Part shown: piece by piece, positions 46,998-56,424 of the stretch
How positions within the stretch are numbered: the first letter of the stretch is position 1
How the letters are laid out: every line of letters begins with the position of its first letter
DNA from: a candidate division WOR-3 bacterium
Lineage (GTDB): Bacteria; Hydrothermota; Tepidihabitantia; Tepidihabitantales; Tepidihabitantaceae
NCBI GenBank assembly: GCA_965648935.1
Contig: CBFGIY010000001.1
Span: 40,216-104,215 of the forward strand
Direction of reading: 5' to 3'
Length of the DNA stretch: 64,000 nucleotides
The notes under the pieces: generated by a model
Seen by the model: only the letters and a program-made list of their open reading frames with translations
Databases searched by the model: none
Told to the model about the DNA's origin: nothing
Position numbers and translations under genes: made by a program

Positions 46998-48740
46998 ATG
47001 CTGATTCAGGGCACCAATCTCCACAAGTCCATCGGCGCACAGGCCGTGCTTGCCGGTGTCTCGTTTGTCGTCAACCGCGGCGACAAGGTCGGCGTCGTCG
47101 GCCCGAACGGCTCGGGCAAGACCACGCTGCTGCGCATCGTGAAGCGCGAGATCGAACCGGACGATGGCGAGCTGGTGTTTGCCGGCCGGCCAGAAATCGG
47201 CTACTTCCGGCAGGACGTACTCGCCGACAGCGGGACGACGGTGTATTCGGCCGTGCTCGGCGAGATGGAGAACGTCCAGAAGCGCATCGACTCGGTGCGG
47301 CGCGAGCTGGAAGAGGACCCCGAGGATGAGGCCGCGCTGGTCAAGCTCGAGGCTTTCGAAGAGGAGATGGACGCGCGGTTCGGCCCGGACTTCCGCAGCC
47401 GCGCCGAGAAAGCCCTGGCCGGGCTGGGTTTCGGCAGGGAACGGTACGGGGACGCGGTCGCGGCGATCTCGCCGGGCGAGCGGGCCCGGCTGGAGATGGC
47501 ACGCATTCTCATCGGCCAGCCCGAGCTGCTGCTGCTGGATGAGCCGACCAACTACCTCGACGTCGGCCAGCGCGAGTGGCTCGAACATTACCTGGAGGAC
47601 TACAAGGGCACGGTACTGGTCGTGTCGCACGACCGCGTGTTCCTCAACGAGGTCGCCAACCGGATTTTCGAGCTGCGGCGCGGCAGGCTGAAGACCTGCG
47701 AGGGCGGGTACGACGACTATATCTTCGAGCGCGAGCAGGAACAGCAGCGCGCCGTGCGCGAGCACGACGAGCACAGGAAGGAAATCGCCAAGCTTGACCG
47801 GATTGCCCGGCGCCAGGACGCGTGGTCGGCGCGCAAGGAGAAGACCAAGACAGCGGCCGCTGATTCAGGCTTCGTCTCGGCCGCGGCCGCGCGGCTGGCC
47901 CGGCGCGGTAAGCAGGCCAGGCGGCGCATCGAAGCGGCCATCGAGGAGCACGAGGGCAAGACCCCGTTTGTCGAGAAGAAGCCCGCGCCGGTCATCTACA
48001 GCGCGGTCGAGCCCGGGCGCCGGGCAGTCCTGGTCAAGGGCCTGACCAAGAGCTTCGGCCGGCGCTGCGTGGTGAAGGACGCCGGGTTCGAGATTCGCAC
48101 CGGCGAGCGCGTGGCTCTGGTCGGGCCGAACGGCTGCGGCAAGACCGTGCTGGTGCGGATGCTCGTCGGCGAACTGAAGCCGGACAAGGGCACGGTGACC
48201 CCGGGCGCGGCCGCGAAGGTCGGCTACTTCCCGCAGGACCTCGGCACGCTCGACCTCGACTGCACCGCGGTCGAGGAGGTGATGAAGTCCGGGGTGACGC
48301 AGGAGACCGCGCGCACCGTGCTCGGCACGCTGTTGCTGCCCAAGGACTTTGCCGAGCGCCGGCTCCGCGACCTGTCGGCCGGGGAACGTTCGAAGGTGCT
48401 GCTCGCGCGGGTTCTGGCGGGCGGCGCCGACTTCCTCGTGCTCGACGAGCCTACCAACCATCTCGACATCGACGCGCTGCTCGCGCTGGAGTCGCTGCTC
48501 GTTTCGTTCCTGGGCGCGATTCTCTTCACCTCGCACGACCGGGCTCTGCTCGACAAGCTCGCGGGCCGCGTGCTTGAACTGCGCGATGGCCGGCTCACCG
48601 ACTTTCCGGGCGGCTGGCAGGCGTTTCAGGCGCAAAGCTCCCGACAGCAAGCCCCGGTTTCCAGACCCCAGACGCCGATTCCCGGGTCGAAGGCACGCGG
48701 GCCCAAGACCCGGACTCCACAGAACAAAGCGCGCAGGTAG
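46998..48740 (+). CDS. ABC-F family ATPase (translation-associated, Uup/YheS/EttA-like)
   Basis: Two complete ABC cassettes (GPNGSGKTT...LSPGERARL...LLDEPTNYLD, and GPNGCGKT...LSAGERSKV...VLDEPTNHLD) with a coiled-coil linker, no TM, and a basic C-terminal tail. Confidence 0.85.
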   Translation: MLIQGTNLHKSIGAQAVLAGVSFVVNRGDKVGVVGPNGSGKTTLLRIVKREIEPDDGELVFAGRPEIGYFRQDVLADSGTTVYSAVLGEMENVQKRIDSVRRELEEDPEDEAALVKLEAFEEEMDARFGPDFRSRAEKALAGLGFGRERYGDAVAAISPGERARLEMARILIGQPELLLLDEPTNYLDVGQREWLEHYLEDYKGTVLVVSHDRVFLNEVANRIFELRRGRLKTCEGGYDDYIFEREQEQQRAVREHDEHRKEIAKLDRIARRQDAWSARKEKTKTAAADSGFVSAAAARLARRGKQARRRIEAAIEEHEGKTPFVEKKPAPVIYSAVEPGRRAVLVKGLTKSFGRRCVVKDAGFEIRTGERVALVGPNGCGKTVLVRMLVGELKPDKGTVTPGAAAKVGYFPQDLGTLDLDCTAVEEVMKSGVTQETARTVLGTLLLPKDFAERRLRDLSAGERSKVLLARVLAGGADFLVLDEPTNHLDIDALLALESLLVSFLGAILFTSHDRALLDKLAGRVLELRDGRLTDFPGGWQAFQAQSSRQQAPVSRPQTPIPGSKARGPKTRTPQNKARR

Positions 48741-48796
48741 CGGCAATCGGCTGAGCAGAAGCCGGGCCGCGCGGTCTTATGTCAGATGGACAGGAT

Positions 48797-48932
48797 CGAT
48801 GAGGTATGCCGAGGGGGTGGAGGTGCACTGCGGCGGGCAGGACCCGCCGCAGCCAAATCCCCACTGATGAGGCATGCTGATGGGGTGGAGGTGCACTGCG
48901 GCGGGCAGAACCCGCCGCAGCCAAATCCCCAC
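48797..48932. repeat. Two tandem 68-bp direct repeats derived from the 3' end of the adjacent tRNA-Leu, each with a 10-bp GC hairpin
   Basis: The unit is TGATGAGG(Y)ATGC(C/T)GA(G/T)GGGGTGGAGGTGCACTGCGGCGGGCAG(G/A)ACCCGCCGCAGCCAAATCCCCAC. In the tRNA sense each unit ends CACCTCCACCCC(C/A)TC(G/A)GCA, which is the tRNA variable-arm and acceptor 3' sequence with the T-arm deleted. The hairpin is CTGCGGCGGG-N5-CCCGCCGCAG. Confidence 0.7.
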
Positions 48933-48940
48933 TGATGATG

Positions 48941-49024
48941 TATGCCGAGGGGGGGATTTGAACCCCCATGGAGGTGAGTCCACTAACTCCTGAGGCTAGC
49001 GCGTCTGCCATTTCCGCCACCTCG
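48941..49024 (-). tRNA. tRNA-Leu (anticodon CAG)
   Basis: The 84-nt type-II tRNA is GCCGAGGTGGCGGAAATGGCAGACGCGCTAGCCTCAGGAGTTAGTGGACTCACCTCCATGGGGGTTCAAATCCCCCCCTCGGCA. It is near-identical in architecture to E. coli tRNA-Leu(CAG), with a 7-bp acceptor, anticodon loop CTCAGGA and a long variable arm. Confidence 0.85.
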
Positions 49025-49098
49025 GCAGTCACGGATTGTCGGGCGCGGTAAGGATAGCCGGCCGGGTCGGTCAGTCAAGCATACCCGACGAGAACGCC

Positions 49099-49126
49099 GC
49101 GGCGGGCAGGTTGCCCTGCCCGCCGC
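49099..49126 (-). terminator. GC hairpin (12-bp stem) downstream of pmbA; member of the same hairpin family as the tRNA-Leu repeats
   Basis: GCGGCGGGCAGG-TTGC-CCTGCCCGCCGC. It shares the GCGGCGGGCAGG arm with the 68-bp repeats. Confidence 0.5.
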
Positions 49127-49140
49127 GCAGAGATTGCGGT

Positions 49141-50517
49141 CTAGAAGCTGTCGGCCACGTCGTTGATGCGAACCTCGTCGCAGAGCAGGTACTCGGGCAC
49201 GCTGATTGCGTTGGGCGAGCGCCGGTCATAGGTGCCGGAAACGTTGACGGGCACGGTTTTCGAACTGACCGCGACGACGTGGTTGAGCACGCTCGGTATC
49301 TCGTCGGTCACGCGGGTCGAGAACAGGGGCGCGGTCAGCGTTCCCTTCTCGACGCGCATCGCGTTGAACCGCGATGAGCCGGTGAACATCCCTTTTGTCG
49401 GGTCGGGCAGGTGGATGTAGTGCAGGTGCGGGATGAACAGCGCGTCACCCGCGAGCTTGAGCCCGGCCTCGATGCCGGCCGGCGCGGAACCGGGCAGCAT
49501 CGCCGCGTCGACCTGGCCGTCGTGGCCGGTGGGCTTGCGGCCGTACTTGGCCGCGGTGACGCTGTCGTACATCACGTTGCGGAAGATTCCGTTCTCGACG
49601 AGCACGAAGCGCGACCGGCGCATGCCGTTGAAGTCGAAGGGCATCCCGAAGCAGTCCGGGTTGGCCGGGTCGTCGACGATGGAGATGGCCTCGCCGAAGA
49701 GCTTGTCGCCGAACTTGAGATTCGCGGTGAAAGCGCGCTTCTCCTCGAAGCTGCGGCCGAAGAAGCCGCCCCAGACCGACAGCATGACCAGTTCGGCCAC
49801 GGCCTGGCCCGCGAACAGCACGCGCTGGCGGCCGATGGCCGTCTTGTACCCGGGGTTCTTCTCGTAGACCGGCAACCGGGCGCTGAGTTCTTCGATGATG
49901 TCGGCCGCGCTGAAACTGCCGGCCGCTTTCTGGGTGCGCTCGGCCGAGAGCTCCCACTTCCTGTCCTGCTCCTTGAGCACGATGACGAGCTTGCCGTCGG
50001 TCAGCCGCCGGTACGCTTCGTTGTCGTTGGCGGTGCTGATCACGTACATCTCGGTCGCGCCGGTGGACCAGGACCCGGAGAAGTCGTACTTGCCGCGCGG
50101 CTTGAGTTCCTTGATGACCTCGGCGCAGAGCGCGGTCTTGGCCTCGGGCGAGAGCGCCTCGAGCGCCGGGTCGTAGCCGGTCGAGTCGTCGACCGTCTCC
50201 TGCACGGTGCAGAATATCGGGTCGTAGTCCTTGGGCACCGCCGCGGCGCAGGCGGCCCGCGCCCGCTCGATCGCGTCGTCGAGCACGGTGCGCGAGGAGA
50301 TGTCCGCGGTCAGCGAGTAGGAACCGGTGCGGCGGCCGTCGGTCACGCCGACATCGAGCCGGGTGAGCTGTTCGCCGGTCGAGAGCGCGACCGACGAGTT
50401 GCCCAGTCGGATGAGCGAGGACTTCTCGCGGTGGAAGTTGAACTCGGCCTGCACTCCCGCCTTGCGGCAGCGGTCGCGGGCCTCGAGCAGCAGTTCGCGG
50501 ATGCGATTGTCGAGCAT
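49141..50517 (-). CDS. pmbA: Metalloprotease PmbA/TldE (TldD/PmbA family)
   Basis: PmbA/TldD fold throughout, about 458 aa. It lies immediately downstream of tldD. Confidence 0.8.
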   Translation of the reverse strand: MLDNRIRELLLEARDRCRKAGVQAEFNFHREKSSLIRLGNSSVALSTGEQLTRLDVGVTDGRRTGSYSLTADISSRTVLDDAIERARAACAAAVPKDYDPIFCTVQETVDDSTGYDPALEALSPEAKTALCAEVIKELKPRGKYDFSGSWSTGATEMYVISTANDNEAYRRLTDGKLVIVLKEQDRKWELSAERTQKAAGSFSAADIIEELSARLPVYEKNPGYKTAIGRQRVLFAGQAVAELVMLSVWGGFFGRSFEEKRAFTANLKFGDKLFGEAISIVDDPANPDCFGMPFDFNGMRRSRFVLVENGIFRNVMYDSVTAAKYGRKPTGHDGQVDAAMLPGSAPAGIEAGLKLAGDALFIPHLHYIHLPDPTKGMFTGSSRFNAMRVEKGTLTAPLFSTRVTDEIPSVLNHVVAVSSKTVPVNVSGTYDRRSPNAISVPEYLLCDEVRINDVADSF

Positions 50518-50520
50518 GGC

Positions 50521-51999
50521 TTACTCCTTCTCCCCGGTTTCGACATTGCGGAAGCGCATCACCGGTATGCCGTGGCCGAGTTCCATTATCTGGTTGGGCT
50601 CGCCCTTGCCGCAGTTGGGCACTTGCTGGAGGCGCCAGGTCGGCTTCGACCCGACCATGTCGAGCGAGTTCCAGAACTCCAGGGTGTGGCCGTGGTAGGT
50701 CGGGTTCTTCCAGACCCCGACGCGCCTGCCGTCTTTCACCTGCCAGGCAATCTCGCAGCCGAAGTGGAAGTGCTCCCGGTTCGACCCGATGGACCAGGAT
50801 ACCGGTACGTCGACGATGACGCCGTCCCCGGTCGCAGCGGTGATGTCATCGAGCGAGCCCGAGTCGCCGTAGTCGATGTTAATGTTGGTCATCCGGTCGA
50901 TGGGCGTGCGGTAGAATGCGCAGGCCCGGGCCGCGGCGCCCGATTCGGTCACGACCGTCCTGCCGGCCTTGGCGTTGGCCTCGGCGAGGTCGGCGCGCGA
51001 GGAGAGCACATTGACGAGGATGCCTTCCTTGATGAGGAAGTACTCGTGCTGGGGCGTGCCCTCGTCGTCGTAGCCGAATGTGCCGGGCGAGTTGGGCGTG
51101 ACCCCGGCGCGGCAGTTGAGCAGCTTCGAGCCGTAGCGCAGCGTGCCGATCATCTCCGGCCGCACGTGCGAGCCGCCCGCGAACGACAGCTCGTAGCCGA
51201 GGATGCGGTCGAGTTCGAGCGCGTGGCCGATGGTCTCGTGCACCTGCAGGAAACCCTGACCGGGCAGGATGATCAGGTCGCGCCGCGCCGGGGGCATCGG
51301 CTCGGCCGCGACAATCTGGCCGAGTTCGAGCTTGATGCGGTCGGCGTTGCCCGCGAAGCAACAGGAGTCGGCCATCCACTCCCAGCCGCGCGTGCCGGTG
51401 CCGTCGCAGGAAAGGTCGGCACTGCGCCGCTGCATCCGGCCCTGCTTGTCCGGTGCCATCACCATCATCGTGCCGAAGGTGTTGAGCGCGCGGCGGTCGA
51501 CCTCGGTGCCCTCGGTGTTGAAGTAGAAGATGTGGCGGCGCTGGAAGTGCGCCTGCACCATTCGGTGTGCGACCGTCGCGTCCTTGAGCGCGGCGTCGAT
51601 GCCCATCAGCAGTTCGAGCTTCTCGGCGAGCGGTACTTCGAACGGGTCGCGCTCGACCGGCGGCCGGTACTCGCCTTTGACCGGTCTGGCTTCGCCCATG
51701 GTCTTGGGAAAGCCGGGGAGCCGGGCCGCGGCGCGGGCGTTGGCCAGCGCGCGGTCAAACACGGCCGGAATGGCCTCGAGCTCGGCCGCAGCGGCGAAGC
51801 CCCACGCGCCGTCAAACAGCACGCGCACGCCGATTCCCCGTTCCAGGCCGCCGCTGTTGCCCTCCAGGTTGCCGTCGCGGATGAAGAGCGACTCGCTGCG
51901 GTCCTCGTCGTAGAAGCGGGCATCGGCGAAGCTGCACCCGGCAGCGCTCATCCGCGCCAGCTCCGTACGGATTGCGGAAGCTGTCTCTTTCTGGGTCAC
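50521..51999 (-). CDS. tldD: Metalloprotease TldD
   Basis: HExxxH-containing TldD core (HETIGHALE). The start was reassigned to GTG 51999, preceded by AGGAGA. The 5' 1.07 kb of track ORF 50521..53070 is an in-frame artefact. Confidence 0.8.
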   Translation of the reverse strand: MTQKETASAIRTELARMSAAGCSFADARFYDEDRSESLFIRDGNLEGNSGGLERGIGVRVLFDGAWGFAAAAELEAIPAVFDRALANARAAARLPGFPKTMGEARPVKGEYRPPVERDPFEVPLAEKLELLMGIDAALKDATVAHRMVQAHFQRRHIFYFNTEGTEVDRRALNTFGTMMVMAPDKQGRMQRRSADLSCDGTGTRGWEWMADSCCFAGNADRIKLELGQIVAAEPMPPARRDLIILPGQGFLQVHETIGHALELDRILGYELSFAGGSHVRPEMIGTLRYGSKLLNCRAGVTPNSPGTFGYDDEGTPQHEYFLIKEGILVNVLSSRADLAEANAKAGRTVVTESGAAARACAFYRTPIDRMTNINIDYGDSGSLDDITAATGDGVIVDVPVSWSIGSNREHFHFGCEIAWQVKDGRRVGVWKNPTYHGHTLEFWNSLDMVGSKPTWRLQQVPNCGKGEPNQIMELGHGIPVMRFRNVETGEKE

Positions 52000-52125
52000 G
52001 ATATCTCCTAAGTAAGTATTGTTGCCTTCTGCGGTGCGGGCGACTCCATTATGCCGGGCCGGGCCGGGAATGCAAGCGGATGCCGCGGCGGCACGGCCCG
52101 GACTCGGACAGGTGTCCGGGCCGGC

Positions 52126-52155
52126 TTGACATCGGGCCGCGCCCGTGCGTAAGAT
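52126..52155 (+). promoter_or_regulatory. Sigma70-like promoter for the TPR-OmpA lipoprotein gene
   Basis: TTGACA (52126-52131), an 18-nt spacer and TAAGAT (52150-52155). It is preceded by the palindrome CGGACAGGTGTCCG (52104-52117). Confidence 0.45.
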
Positions 52156-52170
52156 AGAGCAGAGTTCAGC

Positions 52171-54069
52171 TTGATAAGCCCCCCGCGCATCGCCGCCCGC
52201 ATCCTGTTGCCCGCGCTGCTGCTGGCAACCGGGTGCGCCTACTTCAACACCTTCTACAACGCTGAGAAGAACTTCAAGGAAGGGCTGCGCCTGAAGGACC
52301 AGAACCAGCAGGTTCAGTCCAAGGCCAAGTTCGACAAGTCGATCGAGCGGTCGGCCCGGGTCATCCAGCGCTGGCCCCGCTCGCGCTGGGTCGACGACGC
52401 GCTTTTCCTGATCGGCCGCAGCTACTACGAAACCGGCCAGTACGGCAAGGCGATGCGCAGCTTTGACCAGCTGACTCTGGCCTTTCCCCGTTCCCCGCTC
52501 GCGGGCGAGGCGGCGCTGTTCCGGGCCCGCGCCCTGATCGCCGACAAGCGCCAGGCCGAGGGCCTGCTTGCGCTCCAGGCCGTGCGGGTCGAGTACCCGC
52601 GCCTGGCCGACGATGCCACGTTCGCCATCGCCAGGTCGTTCGTCGAGCGCGACGACACCGGCGAGGGTACCGACTCGCTTGCCGCTTTTCTGGCGCGCTA
52701 CCCGCGCTCGCCGCACCGCGACGAGGCGCTCAGGCTGCTGGCCGACGCCAGCTTCAAGTCCGGCCGCTATGATGAGGCGGAGAACTACTATGTCCGCTAC
52801 GCCCGGGTCGCGCCCGACCCGCGGCGCCGGGCCGAGACCCAGATACAGGTCGCGGCGGCGATGGTCGAGCAGGAGAAATGGGAACCCGCGTTGCGTATCC
52901 TGCGCGATGTCATCGGCCGCTACCCCCAGCTTGACGATCGCGCCAACCTTCTGCTCGGTCGTGCCCTGGAGGGCGCGGACCGCAAGGAGGAAGCGGTCGC
53001 GGCCTGGCAGAAGGTCAGAGCCCAGAACGACCTTGGCGCCGAGGCGATGTACCGCATCGGCCGCCACCACGAGCAGACCGGGGACATCGCCGCGGCCAAG
53101 GCCTGTTTCGACACCGCCCGCACCCGCCGTCCCGAGTCGCGCTACGGCCTGCTCGCGGCGCGGCGCGGCGCGCTGGTTGAGGCGATTGACGCGTTGCGCA
53201 CCGGGTCAAAGCCGGCCGATGAAGCGCTGTTCATGCTTGCCGAAGCCCACAACGTCAGCCTCGGCGAGTACGACCGGGCATTGGAGCTATATGCCCAGGT
53301 TGATGATTCGTTTCCGCAGAGCCGGTTTGCGCCCAAGGCCCGGCTGGCCCGCGCCTGGATACTGCGCACGCCCCGGGCCGATACCGCCGCGGCCGAGCCG
53401 CTTCTGCGCAGCCTCATCGCGGAATACCCTGAGACCGACTACGCCGACGAGGCGCGGCGCTGGCTCGGTTTGAGCGTGCCCAGGCGCGCAAGACCGGCTT
53501 CCGCTGAAACGACCGCAGCGCCGGCCGGCACCGGCGCGACAACGCCGCCTGAACCGGAATTCGAACCGACGCCCGAACCCCTGCCTCCGGAAGGCGTCAC
53601 CGGCCGAACCCGGCCTGACGACCGTCGACTGCGCGAGCTGGCTGGCGAGCGCGAACCCGAGCCGGAACCGACGCCGCTGGCCGAAGCCGAGCCGGTCGCC
53701 AAAGACCAGTTGCCGGCGCGGCCCGACTCAGCCGTTCAAGACAGGCTCGAACTGGCCACCGTCTACTTCGACACCGACAGCTCGGCGATTCGGCCTGATG
53801 CCGCCGAGATACTGCGCCGCAACGCCGCGCAGCTCAAGGACGCCACCGGAGTCCGCATCACGCTTGTCGGCCATTGCGACCCGCGCGCCGATGACTCATA
53901 CAACGACGCGCTCGGTCTGCGCCGCGCCCGTGCGGTGCGCGATTTTCTCGTCGCCGAGGGAGTGGAGCGCGGCCGCATCGCGGTGCGCAGCGAGGGCCGG
54001 CGCCGCACCGTCTCGTCCGGGCCGGATGAGTACTGGCTTGACCGGAGGGTGGTATTCGAACTGCGCTAG
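52171..54069 (+). CDS. TPR-repeat lipoprotein with a C-terminal OmpA-family peptidoglycan-binding domain
   Basis: Lipobox LLLATGC and multiple TPR-like helical repeats (YbgF/BamD-like). The OmpA_C block is TVYFDTDSSAIRPDAAEILRRNAAQLKDATGVRITLVGHCDPRADDSYNDALGLRRARAVRDFL. Confidence 0.75.
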   Translation: MISPPRIAARILLPALLLATGCAYFNTFYNAEKNFKEGLRLKDQNQQVQSKAKFDKSIERSARVIQRWPRSRWVDDALFLIGRSYYETGQYGKAMRSFDQLTLAFPRSPLAGEAALFRARALIADKRQAEGLLALQAVRVEYPRLADDATFAIARSFVERDDTGEGTDSLAAFLARYPRSPHRDEALRLLADASFKSGRYDEAENYYVRYARVAPDPRRRAETQIQVAAAMVEQEKWEPALRILRDVIGRYPQLDDRANLLLGRALEGADRKEEAVAAWQKVRAQNDLGAEAMYRIGRHHEQTGDIAAAKACFDTARTRRPESRYGLLAARRGALVEAIDALRTGSKPADEALFMLAEAHNVSLGEYDRALELYAQVDDSFPQSRFAPKARLARAWILRTPRADTAAAEPLLRSLIAEYPETDYADEARRWLGLSVPRRARPASAETTAAPAGTGATTPPEPEFEPTPEPLPPEGVTGRTRPDDRRLRELAGEREPEPEPTPLAEAEPVAKDQLPARPDSAVQDRLELATVYFDTDSSAIRPDAAEILRRNAAQLKDATGVRITLVGHCDPRADDSYNDALGLRRARAVRDFLVAEGVERGRIAVRSEGRRRTVSSGPDEYWLDRRVVFELR

Positions 54070-54086
54070 GCCCGCACCTCTGCCCG

Positions 54087-54821
54087 GTGGTTGCCCGGCG
54101 CGAGTCAGGACCGGGCATCGTTTCGCTCTGGCTCGACGCGCCACGCCTCGCGACGCGCATCCAGCCCGGCCAGTTCGTCAACGCGCGCGCGGGCGCAGGC
54201 CCTGACCCGCTGCTGCGCCGGCCGATTTCGGTCGCCGACGTCACCGGCGAGCGGTTGCTTCTGGTGTTCCGGGTTGCCGGCCGGGGCACGGCATTGCTCG
54301 CGCAGGCGCGGCGCGGCGACAGGCTTGACCTGCTCGGACCGCTGGGCCGGCCCGCGCCCCGGTTCCGCGATCGCGATGTGATCGTCTGCGGCGGCGGTAT
54401 CGGCATACCGCCGCTGCTGCATTTCGCGCGGCGCAACCGCGACGCCAACCGCCTGCAGGTGCTGCTCGGGGCTCGGCGCGCGGCCGAGCTGGTCCTTCTG
54501 TCCGAGTTCCGGAAGCTGGGCGTGCCGGTCGCGGTCGCAACCGACGACGGCAGCCGCGGCCGCAAGGGCCCGGTGACCACGCTCGCTGAGCAGGCGGCCC
54601 GCGCCGCCCGCAGCCCGGTCGTCGTGGCCTGCGGGCCACGGGCGATGCTCGCCGACCTGGTCCGACGCCTCGACCCGATCCCGGTATGGGGTTTCATTGA
54701 AGAACGGATGGGCTGCGGCACTGGCCTGTGCGCCTGCTGTGCACTGCCCCGGCGCGAGGGCGGTTACGTGCGTTTCTGCCAGGACGGCCCGGTAGTGCTG
54801 CTCAACGAGGTAAGGCTGTGA
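54087..54821 (+). CDS. pyrK: Dihydroorotate dehydrogenase electron-transfer subunit PyrK
   Basis: FAD-binding PGQFVN...RRPISV, NAD-binding GGGIGIPP, and a C-terminal 2Fe-2S motif CGTGLCACC...C. GTG start. Confidence 0.8.
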   Translation: MVARRESGPGIVSLWLDAPRLATRIQPGQFVNARAGAGPDPLLRRPISVADVTGERLLLVFRVAGRGTALLAQARRGDRLDLLGPLGRPAPRFRDRDVIVCGGGIGIPPLLHFARRNRDANRLQVLLGARRAAELVLLSEFRKLGVPVAVATDDGSRGRKGPVTTLAEQAARAARSPVVVACGPRAMLADLVRRLDPIPVWGFIEERMGCGTGLCACCALPRREGGYVRFCQDGPVVLLNEVRL

Positions 54822-55723
54822 ATCTCACGGTGCGCGTTGCGGGCCTGGAGTTCGCCAACCCGGTGCTTGCCGCATCGGGGACTTTCGGATTCGGGCAGGC
54901 TTTTCCGGCCGTGGCAGCGCGCGTCGGCGGCATCGTCACCAAGGCGGTCACGCTCGAACCCCGCATCGGCAACCCGCCGCCGCGCATCTGGGAGTTCCCG
55001 GGCGGGGTCATCAATTCGGTCGGGCTGGAGAACCCCGGACTTGAGGCATTTTGCCGCGACATCCTGCCCGGTCTGGGCGCGCGCCGCAGCCGGCTCCTGG
55101 TCAATGTCGCCGGGTCGGCGATCGATGAGTACGCCGAGATAGTGGCCCGGCTTGACCCCGAGCCGGTCGACGGATTCGAGATCAATGTTTCTTGCCCCAA
55201 CGTGCGCGAGGGCGGCGCCGCCTTCGGCCAGTCTCCGGCCGCGGTCGAGCGCATCACCCGTGCCTGCCGGGAGCGGACCGCGAAGCTGCTGTCGGTGAAG
55301 CTCACCGCCAACTTCGTTGACCCGGCCGAGACCGCGCGCGCCGCGGCCAGCGCCGGCGCCGACGCGGTTACTCTCATCAACACCCTTTTCGGTCTTGCGC
55401 TCGGGCCCGACGGCCGGCCGTTTCTCGGCGGCCGCACCGGCGGCATCTCCGGCCCGGCGCTCAAGCACTTCGCGCTCTATTGCGTTGACCGTGTCGCGCG
55501 CGCGGTGAAGGTGCCGATAATCGGCTCGGGCGGCGTGATGTCCGGGGCGGACGCGGCCGAGTTTCTCTCGGCCGGCGCGTCGCTGGTCGAAGTCGGCACG
55601 GCCAGCCTGGCTGACCCGGCCGCACCGGCCAACGTTGCCGAGGAACTGGCGCAGTGGTGCCGCGCGAACAGAGTGGAGGATGTCTCGACGATTGTCGGCC
55701 GAACACGGGAGACAGAACGATGA
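54818..55723 (+). CDS. pyrD: Dihydroorotate dehydrogenase catalytic subunit PyrD (class 1B)
   Basis: A GTG start overlaps the pyrK TGA as GTGA. The N-terminal block VAGLEFANPVLAASGTFGFG and the GLENPG and SCPN motifs are present. Confidence 0.85.
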   Translation: MNLTVRVAGLEFANPVLAASGTFGFGQAFPAVAARVGGIVTKAVTLEPRIGNPPPRIWEFPGGVINSVGLENPGLEAFCRDILPGLGARRSRLLVNVAGSAIDEYAEIVARLDPEPVDGFEINVSCPNVREGGAAFGQSPAAVERITRACRERTAKLLSVKLTANFVDPAETARAAASAGADAVTLINTLFGLALGPDGRPFLGGRTGGISGPALKHFALYCVDRVARAVKVPIIGSGGVMSGADAAEFLSAGASLVEVGTASLADPAAPANVAEELAQWCRANRVEDVSTIVGRTRETER

Positions 55724-56424
55724 CAAAGATAGTCCTGGCACTTAATACCGACACGAGCGCCGAGGCGCTTGGGTTCCTTGAGCGCGTCGGCGCGGGCGCG
55801 GATGTCTACAAGCTTGGGATGGACCTTTTCACGCGCACCGGGCCGGGACTGGTGCGTGAGTTTGCCGGCCGCGGCGCGTCCGTGTTCCTCGACCTCAAGT
55901 TCTCGGACATTCCGTCGGTCGTGGCCAAGGCGGTGAGCGCGGCGGCCGAGCTCGGCGTCGCGATGCTCACTGTGCACACGATGGGCGGGCCAAAGATGCT
56001 TGAGGCCGCGGCTCAGGCCGCAGAGAAGTCGCAGGCCCGGCCCCTGGTCCTGGGCGTGACGGTGCTGACCAGCCTTGACGAGGCCGCGCTGGAGCGGGTC
56101 ACGGGCCGGCGCCAGCCCGTGCCCGAGCGGGTCGAGGCGCTGGCCCGGATGGCGCGGGACTGCGGTTGCGGCGGGGTCGTGTCGTCGCCCAACGAGATTG
56201 CCGTGATTCGCGCGGCCTGCGGCAGCGCCTTCAAGATTGTCACGCCGGGCATCAGGATGAGCACGGACGCCGCAGATGACCAGGCCCGGACAATGACCCC
56301 GGCCGAGGCGGCGCGGGCCGGGGCCGACTATGTTGTGGTGGGCCGGCCGGTGTATGCCGCGTCCGACCCGCTGGCCGCGCTGGAGCGAATCCGCGAGGAG
56401 CTCAGACAGGGAGGCGCGCAGTGA
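55720..56424 (+). CDS. pyrF: Orotidine 5'-phosphate decarboxylase
   Basis: ATG overlaps the pyrD TGA as ATGA. The DLKFSDIP catalytic block is present. Confidence 0.85.
   Translation: MTKIVLALNTDTSAEALGFLERVGAGADVYKLGMDLFTRTGPGLVREFAGRGASVFLDLKFSDIPSVVAKAVSAAAELGVAMLTVHTMGGPKMLEAAAQAAEKSQARPLVLGVTVLTSLDEAALERVTGRRQPVPERVEALARMARDCGCGGVVSSPNEIAVIRAACGSAFKIVTPGIRMSTDAADDQARTMTPAEAARAGADYVVVGRPVYAASDPLAALERIREELRQGGAQ

Noticed and set aside
48797-48932. Possible CRISPR array
   Set aside because: There are only two 68-bp units, with no unique spacers between them. The units are tRNA-derived and hairpin-bearing. No cas genes are present.
49411-52011. 866-aa plus-strand ORF, the longest in the track
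   Set aside because: It is antisense to the well-conserved pmbA and tldD genes. It has a Gly/Arg/Ala/Val-rich low-complexity composition typical of spurious ORFs in 70%-GC DNA.
52000-53070. N-terminal 357 aa of track ORF 50521..53070
   Set aside because: The TldD homology begins at GTG 51999, which has an RBS. The upstream in-frame extension overlaps the plus-strand lipoprotein gene and its promoter.
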